Of a stretch of 64,000 nt of DNA, positions 28,916-39,873 are shown one piece after another; within the stretch, counting starts at the first letter, position 1, and every line of letters starts with the position of its first letter. Below the pieces are notes generated by a model. The model did not search any database and was not told where the DNA came from. It saw only the letters and a program-made list of their open reading frames with translations. The stretch comes from an uncultured Chloroflexia bacterium (GTDB taxonomy: Bacteria; Chloroflexota; Dehalococcoidia; UBA2979): the NCBI GenBank assembly GCA_963728205.1, contig CAVSIV010000006.1, positions 288,001 through 352,000 on the forward strand. The letters are read 5' to 3'. A program made the translations under genes and the position numbers.

Positions 28916-29396
28916 AGCGGGCGCCGACCTCAAGGCTGCGCAGCTCCAGCGCGCCCTCTACGGTTGACGGGAGTCGAACCTACCCGGGACTACGACGTAG
29001 TCCCGCAACGGTTTTGAAGATGGCCGAAGGGGTGATCGCGCGTGATCTCGCGTGCGGTCCAGTGCCCTGCCGAACCTGTTGGAGGGTCTCGCTGTCCCGC
29101 CCGGTCTCGTGCCGTGATCGCCGATCTCGCGGCGTTCGGCGGCAAAATGGCGGCAATTGTTCAGGCTCGGGGGCGCTGTCCCTACTTTTCGAGATCCGGC
29201 GCGGTCGAGGCCACCGCTCAGCGTCCCGCGTGCGGCGGATGCGGGTCTGTCGAGGATCGTCCTGCTTCATCGCCGCCTGCCTCACCACGGCCCGCCACGT
29301 CCCGCCCCGTGCGCTCCCGTCCCTATCGGTAATCCTTCGTCGCGACAGCCCGGCAAGCGCTGGACTTGTAGTCCACCGCCAGGTGGCCACGGGTCA

Positions 29397-29678
29397 TCAC
29401 GAAGACGCTCGGACGCTCACACGTGCCGCGAGGTGACGCTGCTGAACGGCGCGTTCGAAGAGTGCGAGCGCGGGGCCGGACGAACCCGAAATCACCAACG
29501 TGTCGAATCTGGCGAGGGCCTCGTCCAGCAACGCGTCGGCGAACGCCGGGCCGACCGCGATCACCCCGCTGAGGTCCAGTTCCAGCAACTCGCCGCTCTC
29601 GAGGCCGCGGACGATCGCTGCCGCTCGCTCGCGCGTCGCGAACGAGCTTCCGTGCTCCGACATGCGCAGGTTCGTCAT
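29397..29678 (-). CDS. STAS-like (DUF4325) domain protein
   Basis: SFATRERA...LELDLSGVIAVGPAFADAL. Confidence 0.7.
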   Translation of the reverse strand: MTNLRMSEHGSSFATRERAAAIVRGLESGELLELDLSGVIAVGPAFADALLDEALARFDTLVISGSSGPALALFERAVQQRHLAARVSVRASS

Positions 29679-29906
29679 CGGGCTGTCGGTCTCCGCGCCC
29701 TCGCCCGGCCGCCACCGCGAGGACGATATGGACGGCCCGTTACGAAGGTGCAACGGCTGGGCGGCCGTGCGTTGCGAAGCTCTTACGCGTCACGGTCGTG
29801 CGCGATCGGACCACACCAACCCGAACTCGTTGACCGTTACCTGCGCGGGCGCACGTGCGACTGCGCCGATCATGATCGGTCGGCTGATCAGTGACCGGAG
29901 CGGGCG

Positions 29907-31296
29907 GTGAGTCGCACGACCGGGGTTCCGGGACTAGCCTGTGCGTCAGCGACTCCTCCAGCACTCTGCCGGGCCGGCGGCTGGAAGCGGAACCGCCTCT
30001 TGCTCCCCGGACATGAACCGCCCTTGCGGGTGCTCGTCGTCGAAGATTCGCCCGAGTTGCGGGACATCCTCGCGCTGGCGCTGACCTTCGAGGACTTCCA
30101 CGCGGTCCCCGCCGCCACGGCCGAGGACGCCCTGCGGGTGCTGCAGGCGGCGCGGTTCGATTTCGCCGTGATCGACGAGCACCTGCCGCTCATGCAGGGC
30201 CATGAGCTCGTGCAGACGATCCGCGCGGCGCCGCAGTGGCGCGCGATGGGCCTCATCGCGCTCACCGGAGACGGCGCCCCGCAGACGGCACTCGACCTGC
30301 TCCTGGCTGGGTGCGACGCGTTCATCACCAAGCCCGCCCCGCTGGACGACCTCCGCTCCGTCCTCCGAAGCCTGGCCCTGGGCCGTACCGCGGAGCCGAC
30401 TCACACAACGGACACCGAGCGAACATCGGAGGCAGGGGAAGTGGCCCCGGAGCTGAACCGGATCGTCCACGAGGTGGTGACCGCGCACCCGGCGCTCGGC
30501 CGTCTGCCGGAGGTCCTGGCGATCCACGGGGACGCGCCGGATGCCGACGGCCAACTGGAGCGCTACCTCCTGTCGGCGGATCGCGGGCTCGTGGTGCGCC
30601 TCTACCGCGCCTTCGGCATGCCGCTCCCGCCGCCGCCCGTCTCGCTGGGCCGCGCCATTCAGGAGATCGGATGGCGTCCGGTGCACTCTGCCGCGGTCGC
30701 GACGGCGGTCGCGCGCGAGCTCGGGCGCGATCCGCTGCACGTCCTCAACGGCCCCGCGTTCTGGCGGAACGCCGCGGCGGTCGGCGTGCTCGCGGTGCTG
30801 ACCGCCACCGCCGACGGAACCTTCCATGACGAGGCGTTCGCCGCCGGCTTCCTCCACCGGCTCGGCCTGCTGCTGCTCGACCAGCACGCCCCGAAGACGC
30901 TCGCCGGCGCCATCGAACGGGCGCGCCGCGACCGCCTCCCGCTCGAGCGCGCCGTCGCGGACGAGGCGGGGTTCTCGCTCGCCGAGCTCCGCCGGCGCCA
31001 CCGCGCTTCGTTGGCGACTGCCAGACTGGCTCGTGGACGCGTGCGCCTATCCTGCGTCGATGGACGACGCCCAGCAGGCGCCGCGGGCGCTGCCGAGCCT
31101 CGTGGTGCGCTCGCGTCTCGCCGCCGCGACGCGCGGGTTCGCGGAGGAGGTCGACCCAGGCGAGCCGCTCGAGTCGAACCTCACGTGGATCGTGGAGCGC
31201 CCGCTGCTGGCGTTGGACCGCGTGGGCGGCGAAGCCTGGTTGGAACGGCGCGTGGACGCCGTGCTCTCCGTCTCGATCTTCGATCATGGTCGCTGA
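29907..31296 (+). CDS. Receiver domain + HDOD-like domain protein (frameshift near 30995; true start probably 30024)
   Basis: VLVVEDS, VIDEHLPLMQG, FITKP; SLGRAIQEIG, FWRN, EAFAAGFLHRLGLLLL, WRLPDWL. Confidence 0.75.
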
Positions 31297-31349
31297 CGCC
31301 CTCGCCGATGACCTGCGGGACGACCACGGAGCTCAGGTACCCCGGGCGG

Positions 31350-31514
31350 AGCCCAGCCGCGGTCGCAGGCGTCCCTGCGGTCTTCTCCGTGCTGATGGTT
31401 GCTGTGTTTGGCGGAGCGGTGGCCGCGTTGACGCTGGCGTTCGTGAGCCGCCGTGGCGGCGCGATCCCCTACGGGCCGTTCTTCGCGGCCGGCGCGCTGC
31501 TCGCTATGTGGTGA
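31350..31514 (+). pseudogene. C-terminal remnant of prepilin peptidase (A24)
   Basis: GGAVAAL...GAIPYGPFFAAGALLAMW*. Confidence 0.65.
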
Positions 31515-31732
31515 GGGTTCAGGAGCGGGAGTGACGCTGTCTGCTGGAGCCACCTAACAGCATGTCTGTTTGTTCGTGCGCAGCGAGGCGCTCGACCTCG
31601 CGATCTAGGGCATCTACGCCTTGCCGGACCCTAGAGTTGAGCGTCGCGAGAGGCGGTCTTCGAGTAAAATTCGAAACCCGAGGAACGCGAACTGGCGTCA
31701 GATTGATCGAGTGCTGAATCTCCGCTCTGGAA

Positions 31733-32582
31733 GGTCGAGCTGGAGGCGACCCTCGACGGCGGGACCGCGTGGAGCACGACGGCGCTCCCCACGGACCTGC
31801 CGCGTATCGACGCGTGGTCGTTCATCAGCCCCACGGACGGGTGGATGCTCGTCGGCGACAACGCTTCGGGTGATGCCCTGCGGCTCATCCACACCGGGGA
31901 CGGCGGCCGGCACTGGGTGACCGCGACGGCGTCCGCCCCGCCACGCGACGGAGAGACGGGCCGCATGTACGTGGGCGACATGGTCTTCGCAAGTGCGCGA
32001 CGGGGCTGGATCACCGGCAGCGTCGGGGGCTCCGTCCCCGCCGTCTATGCCACAACGGATGGAGGCGGCTCATGGACGGTGCAGCGACTCTCACCACCGG
32101 CCGGCTATGACCTCGCTGGCGCCGGCCTGACGGGGCCGCTCTTCCCCGGAGGGACCGCGGACGGGTTCCTGGTCTTCCGCGTGAGCCTGCCGGTGCCGGC
32201 CAACAGTCCCCCGCGGAGCGTCAACTTCCGCACGTTCCTCTATCCGACGCACGACGGCGGGCGCACCTGGCTCTCGCCCGTCGCGCTGCCCGCCACCGCC
32301 CCATCGGACACGGTGAGCTGCGTGGGATTCCTGGACGCGAGCCACTGGTGGCTCTCCGGCTGGCGCGAGCTCTGGACGACGGGCGATGGCGGAAGGACCT
32401 GGCAACACTTCGCGCCGACCTTCTCGGGTGACGGCCGCTTCGGGTGCGTGACCTTCGCTGATCCCGTGCACGGCTACGCCGAGTTGGTGAGCGGGCCCGC
32501 CACAGCCGCTCTCGAGCGCATCGGCTACCTGGAGTCGCGCGACGGTGGAAAGACGTGGAGTCCAACGTCACTTCCGCAGTGA
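31733..32582 (+). pseudogene. BNR/Asp-box beta-propeller protein, 5'-truncated
   Basis: Repeated TxDGGxxW boxes (TGDGGRHW, TTDGGGSW, THDGGRTW, SRDGGKTW); no signal peptide. Confidence 0.75.
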
Positions 32583-32718
32583 GTCACGGGGCTGCTTCTC
32601 GGTGGACATCCCCCATGGCTGCGCACGTACCGAACCGCGTCGCTGGTTCAGACGGCGGCGAGCCGGGCGGCCGGCGCCGAGACGCTGCGGCGCCATATCG
32701 CTCCCCTGCGGTGGCCGT

Positions 32719-33342
32719 TCACGGTGTCGCGCGGATCTGCATGAGAACGAGCCCGCCGGTCGCGGCGTCGAGGACGACACTCAGGAAATGCTCCGGCGGC
32801 ACGGGTGTCGATGTCGCGTTGGGAGCGGTGGGGGCAGGTCCCCCGGATCCGTAGAACGTCCCCGAGAAGCTGAAAGCCCACACCGCGTCGCCGGCTTGCG
32901 CTGGCAGGTTCCCGGGGAACAGTGTCCCCAGACGACCGCTCTCCGCTGAAAGGAGGGTCACGGGTGAGGTGGACATTCCCTGCGCGATCGGTTCGGCGAT
33001 CACCATGGCCTGGTCGAGTGTGAGGCCGCTCGTGACGAGCACGATCGTGCCGGAGGGGATCACCGCGGTCGGGAACAGGGCATTGAACGCCAGATTGGCG
33101 AAGTCGGGGGCGCCCGGAATGAGCACGTACGGCGCGCCGTCGACGAAGACCGTCGCAGACGTTGCACCCGCTCCTTGAACGATCGCCGCGAGCCCGCTCA
33201 CCGTGGGGTCGCTGCCGCCGTACCAGATGATCGGGCTGACGCCGAACGCGCCAATCGACCCGGCGTATGCGGCGCCCGGTTGCGTGCCCGGGGCGGTCGC
33301 CGGGGCCGGCGGTGCCGGTGTCGCGGTGGCGGTCGCCTCCAT
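32719..33342 (-). CDS. Hypothetical surface protein with domain shared with 39202-39873
   Basis: Pro/Thr/Ala linker, IIWYGG...IPGAPDFAN domain; N-terminal signal not evident. Confidence 0.65.
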   Translation of the reverse strand: MEATATATPAPPAPATAPGTQPGAAYAGSIGAFGVSPIIWYGGSDPTVSGLAAIVQGAGATSATVFVDGAPYVLIPGAPDFANLAFNALFPTAVIPSGTIVLVTSGLTLDQAMVIAEPIAQGMSTSPVTLLSAESGRLGTLFPGNLPAQAGDAVWAFSFSGTFYGSGGPAPTAPNATSTPVPPEHFLSVVLDAATGGLVLMQIRATP

Positions 33343-33470
33343 CAGCGCCGCGGAGGGTTGCGCAGGCTCGTGACGCGCTCCCGTTCCGTGCGCGGACGCG
33401 GGGCGGGCCTGTATTTCTTCGTTCCGCGGGGCGACGTCCCGCCCGCGCGGCATTGCCGGCGCGCTATCGT

Positions 33471-33484
33471 GGTATCTTGATACC
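33471..33484 (+). promoter_or_regulatory. Palindromic operator of TA operon
   Basis: GGTATC-TT-GATACC overlapping an extended -10-like TGGTATCTT, 13 nt before the antitoxin ATG. Confidence 0.55.
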
Positions 33485-33497
33485 GAGGTGAGTAGCG

Positions 33498-33713
33498 ATG
33501 GCTGACCAGAAGAGCATGACGTTGCGCCTGTCGGCCGAGCAGGCAGACGAGCTGGAGGCGGTCGCCCGCGCGGAGGGGATCAGCGTCTCGGATGCGGTCC
33601 GAGAGGCGATCACCGAGCACATCGATCGCAAGCGGAAGGACAAGGCGTTCCGTGAACGGCTGCGGGCCGTGATGGACCGCGATCGCGAGATCCTCGAGCG
33701 CCTCGCCCGCTGA
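33498..33713 (+). CDS. Ribbon-helix-helix (CopG-like) antitoxin
   Basis: MTLRLSAEQADELEAVARAEGISVSDAVREAI; C-terminal DREILERLA. Confidence 0.85.
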   Translation: MADQKSMTLRLSAEQADELEAVARAEGISVSDAVREAITEHIDRKRKDKAFRERLRAVMDRDREILERLAR

Positions 33714-33716
33714 CGC

Positions 33717-34103
33717 TTGGCGGAGTACCTCGACCTCGCTGACTACCTCCTGATCGCGGAAGCCGTGCTCGGCGTGCCGGCCGAGGAGATCGCCCGCTGG
33801 CCCGGGATCGCGCTCGCCGACTCCGCGCTGCACGCACCCGCGGCGGGCTTCGGCGGAGTCGAGCTCTACCCGGACCTCTTCGACAAGGCCGCCGTCCTCT
33901 GCGCGCACCTGGCTCGCAATCATCCGCTTCCGGACGGAAACAAGCGCGTCGCCTACCTCGCGCTGCTCGAGTTCCTGGCCCGGAACGAGATCGAGTGGGT
34001 GCCGCCGTCGGTGGACGAGACCGTGGCGACGATCGAACGCGTTGCCGCCGGGACGATCTCGGAGCGCGAACTCGCGGACTGGCTGCGGGCGAACCACCCC
34101 TGA
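33717..34103 (+). CDS. Fic/Doc family toxin (death-on-curing type)
   Basis: DSALHAP, YPDLFDKAA, HPLPDGNKR. Confidence 0.9.
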   Translation: MAEYLDLADYLLIAEAVLGVPAEEIARWPGIALADSALHAPAAGFGGVELYPDLFDKAAVLCAHLARNHPLPDGNKRVAYLALLEFLARNEIEWVPPSVDETVATIERVAAGTISERELADWLRANHP

Positions 34104-34342
34104 GCCGGCGCGCGGAGAACCTGGGTCGGGGCGAATCGCGCTCGGCGTCGTCGTGGCTGCCGCACTCGCCCACCCGGGGCTGGTGTCGATCTGCCGGGCG
34201 TAGCGGTGGGCCAGAGGTCGCCGCCCCCGGGGGACGTCTCGCGCGGCCGGCAGGCCATGCGCCAGACATGTCACGACCCGTCGGCGGTCTGCGTCAGGCC
34301 GGGCGTCGACCATGCCGCGTGATGGCGCGGGTCCGAGGGGAG

Positions 34343-35368
34343 CTACGGCCCGCTCCCGCTCGGCGCCCACGCGACGACTGGCTCGCGGCTGAACCCAAAG
34401 TGAAAGTCGAGGCCGCCGAGCGCGGCGAGGTCGACCACCTCCCGGTTGGCCGTGCCGTCGTTCCGCATGACGCGCAGCGTCGCGCCCGCGAGGAACGCGA
34501 TCCACCCACCGTCGGGCGACGGCACCGGCGCGACGCCCGCCGTGATCGCGCGCATCGCGTTCGGGGTGCCGACACGGATCGGCGCGGCCTGGTGGAAGGA
34601 GCCAACGACCCACCGGTCGCCTGGAATCTCGGACGCGATCCCGCCGCTGCCGGCTACCAACCCGGCGATGGTCGTCGCGGATCCGTCGAGCCCGAACACG
34701 GTCACCGACGACGAGACGTTGCTCGCGGACACCGCGACCCGGTCGCTCGAGACCCATGTTCCCGTCATGAACGCGGCGTCGGACTTCGCCACCAGCCGCC
34801 GGTCCGTACCGTCGGCAGCCATCGTCCAGACCTCGTTCACGCCGCTGCCGCCGATGCGCGACATCCCGTACAGCAGGCGAGTCCCGTCGGGCGACCACGC
34901 GACGCGGTCCACGCCGATCGCGAACGGCACCCCCGGCAGCGAGAGGTCGTACCGGACCGTCCGCGCGACGGCCAGCTGGTGCGCGTGCGAGCCATCGGCG
35001 TCGGCGACCCAGATGTTGTAGCCCTGCACGAAGGCGAGCCGTGTCCCGTCCGGCGACAGTGACGGCGACCAGGCAGAGTTCATGAGGCCGTCGGGGCTGC
35101 CGTCGACGAGCTTCTGCAGGTGCGATCCGTCCGCGTCGACCGAGTAGATGCTCCCGCCGGCGGCGAAGAGGAGCGTGGCCGCCGGCGGCGCCGGCTCGGA
35201 CGTTGCAGGCGGCGATGCCGCGACCGTGGGCGTCGCGGTGACGCGGGAGGGTGTGCTCGCGTCCACCGGCTTCGACGGACGCGTCGGCCTCCCGCTGCAC
35301 GCGGCGACCAGCAGCAGAGCGGCGAGAAGCCACACTGGCCTCCCGCGGCGCCGCGGCGGTTGGATCAC
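34343..35368 (-). CDS. TolB/PD40-like beta-propeller lipoprotein
   Basis: Lipobox VAAC, P/T linker, SPDGTRLAF, WSPDGTRL, SPDGGWIAF. Confidence 0.8.
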   Translation of the reverse strand: MIQPPRRRGRPVWLLAALLLVAACSGRPTRPSKPVDASTPSRVTATPTVAASPPATSEPAPPAATLLFAAGGSIYSVDADGSHLQKLVDGSPDGLMNSAWSPSLSPDGTRLAFVQGYNIWVADADGSHAHQLAVARTVRYDLSLPGVPFAIGVDRVAWSPDGTRLLYGMSRIGGSGVNEVWTMAADGTDRRLVAKSDAAFMTGTWVSSDRVAVSASNVSSSVTVFGLDGSATTIAGLVAGSGGIASEIPGDRWVVGSFHQAAPIRVGTPNAMRAITAGVAPVPSPDGGWIAFLAGATLRVMRNDGTANREVVDLAALGGLDFHFGFSREPVVAWAPSGSGP

Positions 35369-37177
35369 GGGGTCGCCCCCGGCGCCGGCGCGGTGCCGAC
35401 GTCGATGATGCCGATCACCTGAAGGCTGCGGCCGGGCGCGACCGTCTCCCCGCCCACGAGCAGCGTCGCGGGCGGGTCGGACGTCGACAGGCAGTCGTCG
35501 GGCGCGCGCAGCACGCCAAACCGGGGATACCCGGGCTCGACGCGCCCGCGGCACTCGAACGCGATAGCGCGCCCGCCGTACCACCGCGTGAGCACAGCGA
35601 GGGGGTCCGCCACCGGGCGCGGCGGCGCGCCGTCGGTGGCGACCAGGAGCCACGACGGCGGCGCGATCGCCCACTGGCAGCTCGCCGCCTCGTCCGGGTC
35701 CGAGGGGTACGGCCGCGCCTGGACGAGGAGCTCGGTCGAGTCGGGCGCCCACTCCCAGGGGAGGAAGGTGCGCGTCTCGTCGTGCAGTGTGTTCAGCGGG
35801 GCGCTCGAGTCGAGGTCCGTGATCCGCACGTCGTGCGTCGCGGCGGCCATACAGCCCAGGCTCCCGCGCACCTCTGCCACGCGCCGGCCGCTCGGCGCGA
35901 GGTAGGTCCACCCGGTGGTGTCGTGGATGGTGACCGTGCCGCCGGGCCACGCGGTCGCGAGACCCGCGGGCCCCTCGAGCGAGCGGACGAGGTCGATGAC
36001 CACGCCCCGCCCGTCGTCGTGCCATCCGTGTGGCTGGATGAACCGCGACGGCGCCGCGGGAATCGCGTCCGCGGTGATGCGCCACTGCTCGCGCCCCGAG
36101 GCGACGTCGTAGACGGCAACCGCGTCGGGGAACGGGCTGTCCGCGCTGGTCTCGAGTGCCACCGCGAGCGAGCGCCCATCCTGGGACACGGCCATCCCGC
36201 TCACGCTTCCGTAGGAGCCATCGCGCGGCGGGGACGCGTCGAGCAGCGTCCGCAGGTGCGTCCCGTTGAGCGCGTAGACCTCGATTCGAGCGCTCGAAGT
36301 CGACGAGCAGCTCGTGGTTCGCGATCAGCACCTGGCTGGCGTAGTTGCCCACGCCGCCCAGGTCGAAGGATGCGACCTGGCGGTGCGCGCCGAGGTCGTA
36401 GGTGATGACCTCCAGCGTGGGCCAGAGGCGCCCGCGGACGACGCGGGTGAAGACGACCAGCGGGCCCACCGCGCCGACCGGCAGACCGTCCGCGAGCGCG
36501 ACCGGCGTCGGGGTCGGCGTCGGCGGCTCGTAGGTGATCGCGACCTGCACGTCCGACGCGGCGAGTGCGGCGCCGTCCGTTCGCATCCTCGCGGTGGCCG
36601 GCCGCTGCGCACGCAGGTAGCCGAGGAACTGCGCGTCGGCGATGTTGAGGACGATCCCGCCGTCGGACGGCGCGGCGTCGATCAGCGCAGACACCAGCGT
36701 GTACGGCGTCGGGGTGCCCGGGCCGTTCAGCAGCTGCGCGCGCACGTCGAGTTGCTCCATCAACGAGCCGGCGTCCGAATCGATCTGCCGAGCGCCAGGC
36801 GGCTTCGTGTGCGTGGCGGCGAGCTCGACGATGCGTCCGTTGAGCTCGAAGTCGGCACGCCAGGCGTACTCGACGGCGCCGTCCGGGGTGCCAGCGAGGT
36901 TCCATGAGACTTCGCGGACGAACGGGGTCGGGAACCAGAAGCGCGCGGCGTCGGCGTCGACGCGCGCCCACGGGGTCGGGGCGGGGCTCGGGGCGCCCGA
37001 GGGTGTCCCCGATGTGCGAGCGGCGCCGGGGGCGGTTGCGGAGCCGAAAGCGGACGGCGACCCCGGCGGCGCGCTCGTGCAGGCGGCAAGCGCGGCCACG
37101 AGCAGCAGCGTCGCGAACGAGGCGCGCACCGCATGCAGCCGCGCGCCCACAGCCAGCGCACCGCATCGCGCGCTCAC
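35365..37177 (-). CDS. Two-domain lipoprotein with beta-propeller-like C-terminus (frameshifts about 36285 and 36215)
   Basis: Lipobox LAAC, SQDGRSLAV, WEWAPDS; GTGA overlaps at both ends. Confidence 0.7.
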
Positions 37178-39061
37178 GGCGTCGCTCCCGGCCCGCGCCA
37201 CCACGCGCAGTACTCGTCCCAGCCCGTGTGCCCGTAGAACCCGAACCAGCCCGGGGCGAGCGACGACCCGCTGTCCGCGCCGAGCGAGAGATTGGCGACC
37301 TTCACGGCGCCGCCGCCCGACGACGGCATCAGCCAGAGCGATGCCGCGTCGCCGGACGCCGCGAAGCGCGCGAAGAGGATCGCCGAGCCGTCCGCCGACC
37401 AGAGCGGACGCTCGTCGCGGTAGCCGGCGTCGGGCGTGAGCTGGCGCGCGTGCGAGCCGTCGGGCCACATCAGCCAGATGCGACGCGCGTTCAAGCCCGC
37501 GTGCGCGGGGTCGCCGCCGCCGACCCGCCCGATGTCCGGCGCGCTCGCGTAGGCGATCTCCGTCCCGTGCGGCGAAGCAGCTGGCTCGAGCGCCGCGACC
37601 GACGCGTCGGTGAGGTCGACGACCTTGCCCGTCGCGGCGTCGACGGCGGCGATCCGCTTGTTCGTCCACGTCTCGCGGTCGGGACCGGCGGTCAGCAGGA
37701 ACGGAGACACCTTGCCGATCTCGTCCATCAGATCGGGGTAGGTCAGCGCGGCGTCGACGAGCGTGCGCGGCGGCCCGTGCCCGTCGGCGGCGACGGCACG
37801 CAGGCCGAGCCCGTCGGCGCCGATCGAGGCCGAGAAGGCCGGGTCGACGAAGTACAGCAGGTCCTTCCCGTCGTCCGACCAGCCGACCAGGACGATGCCA
37901 TCGCCGGCCTTGATGTCGGTGTGCAGGACCGGCGTCTCCGCGAGCCCCGGCAGGTCGACGACGGTGAGGCTGGACGCCCACTGCTTCGGCACAGGTCCGG
38001 CGGGACGGTTCGCCGCGGCCGCGATGCGCCGCCCATCCGGGCTCCACGCGACGTACTGCGGCACCGCGTCGAGCGGGACCGGTTGTCGCCACGCGCCGTC
38101 GGCGCTCTCGAGGACCAGGCCGCCGGGGTCACGGCAGGCGAGCGCGTCCGCGATGGGTGACCACGCGAGGCACCCGGCCGCGGTGCGCCACTCGCCGCCA
38201 TCGGCGCGGACCACGACGTCACCCGCGAGGATCCACTCCCCGGAGGGCGACCAGCGCGGCGAGGAGGCGTGACCGGAGTCGAGGATCTCGCGCGGCGTGC
38301 CGTCGGGCAGCGCGCGCACCCAGAGGTTGCCGTCCTGGACGTAGGCGAGCGTGCCGAGGTCGGTTGCGCCGCCTGCCGTCGGCGGCACGCGGGTGAGCGA
38401 GTCGGCGATCCGTGCAATGTCTGCGGGGGTGAGATCGAACGAGAACGCGCGGATGGAGTAGAACTCGCCCTGCCCGTGCCAGCTCACGATGTAGCCGGGT
38501 GCCCCATCGGTGTCCTGGCTCGGGCTGATCGTGACCGAGGTCGCGACGCCGCGGACCGTCACAGGCTGCGACGTCATGCCGGGTCCGCCGGGGAAGTTCC
38601 CCCACTGCCCCATGCTGAACCAGATGTGCTCGTGCCGGCTCGGAGGTGTAGCCGATTGCGTAGACAGGCCCGAGGCCCAACACGTCGTCGATGCATGCCT
38701 GCACCAGCCGCGGCTCTCCGAAACGGGCGGGAAGGTCGCGAGGACGCAGGACGGCGATGTCGGCTGGGAGCCGCGCGCGGGCTCTCGTCCAGGCGTCCTG
38801 ATCGTTCGGCGCGGGTGGGAAGTCGTAACACTTCGGATTGGGTTGGGGGGTGACCGTGGGCGGTGGGGTCGCGAACGGCGCGGCGACCGCGCCCGTCACG
38901 GCCGGCGTGCTGGTCGCGGTCGCGGCGGTTGCGGTCGCAAGCGCGCTCGTCGCGGAGGCCGTCGCGTTCGGCACGCCTGACCGGCAGCCGGCGAGCACCA
39001 GGAGCGTGCCGGCGAGCAGCGCCGGCAATCCGCGTCGCGCGGACCGTCGTGGCGTCATCAC
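37174..39061 (-). CDS. TolB/PD40-like lipoprotein (frameshift about 38630)
   Basis: Lipobox LAGC, WSPSG, WSPDG, WSDDG, WSADG repeats. Confidence 0.75.
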
Positions 39062-39092
39062 CTGGTGCCCCTCACCGTCTCCGTCGCTGCCT

Positions 39093-39118
39093 GACGACGC
39101 GGGCTGCGCTTGCGTTCC
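39093..39118 (-). promoter_or_regulatory. ECF-sigma-type promoter
   Basis: GGAAC-N17-CGTC about 30 nt upstream of the 39061 start. Confidence 0.45.
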
Positions 39119-39201
39119 GCGCGGCGGCCCGCTCGCAGCCGTCTCGACTCCGCCCCGCCCAGGCGATCAGGGTGCCGCCGCCCATCCGGGAACGCCGGAG
39201 A

Positions 39202-39873
39202 TCACTCGAAGACGCAGAACTCCGCGTGTTCCATCGAGTATCCGCCGGTGGTAAGGCCGATCGTGAACTCCCCGACGACGACGCCATCGTCACTGACGAG
39301 GTTCCAGACCACCTGGGATGTCGTTGTGTTCGCCTCGACAAACGTGCCACGTGGGAGCGCGCTGAGGGTCTTGATGCCCTGATCGAGCGCGTCTCGCGGC
39401 GTCTCGGTTCCCGGAGCGCCGGGCGTGCGGTCGAAGACCTGGCTGCTGGCCTCACAGAAGCCGAGGCCGGGCGTCTTGCAGACGATGAGGAGCGGTTGCG
39501 GCGACAAGTCTTCCCCGACGCGCGACAACCAGCTTGCGTTCGCGAACGCGGGCGCTCCCACGGTGTAGCCAACGAACTTTCCCTTGACCGTCAGCCAAAC
39601 CGAGGACAGCGTGCAGCCCTGCTGTGCGGCCGCGACCTGCAGCGACTCCATCGTGCCGCCGCCCCACTCCACGAGCGCGACGCCGCCGGCCGTCCGTCCC
39701 GACGGCACGTCACCCGTCAGAGCGCCCTGCGCCGATGCTGAGTTTGGCGCGAGCACTGAGAGCATGAGCAGCGTCCCAACGACCGCGACAACCGGCCCGA
39801 GCCTCGCCAGTCGCCCTCTCCTCGATGCCCGCGTTCGGGCGCGCGTCGCCGGCAATCCGGCAGCTGTCTCCAT
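39202..39873 (-). CDS. Secreted hypothetical protein (domain shared with 32719-33342)
   Basis: Signal peptide ending ASA; LVEWGGG...VGAPAFAN...IVC. Confidence 0.7.
   Translation of the reverse strand: METAAGLPATRARTRASRRGRLARLGPVVAVVGTLLMLSVLAPNSASAQGALTGDVPSGRTAGGVALVEWGGGTMESLQVAAAQQGCTLSSVWLTVKGKFVGYTVGAPAFANASWLSRVGEDLSPQPLLIVCKTPGLGFCEASSQVFDRTPGAPGTETPRDALDQGIKTLSALPRGTFVEANTTTSQVVWNLVSDDGVVVGEFTIGLTTGGYSMEHAEFCVFE

Noticed and set aside
28960-28993. Possible missing 3' half of tRNA-Lys (cggttgacgggagtcgaacctacccgggacta)
   Set aside because: Loose resemblance only; the T-stem does not pair and the acceptor strand mismatches GGGCCCG
34343-38092. 1249-aa single ORF
   Set aside because: Chimera of frames from three adjacent genes; an internal signal peptide and lipobox mark separate starts
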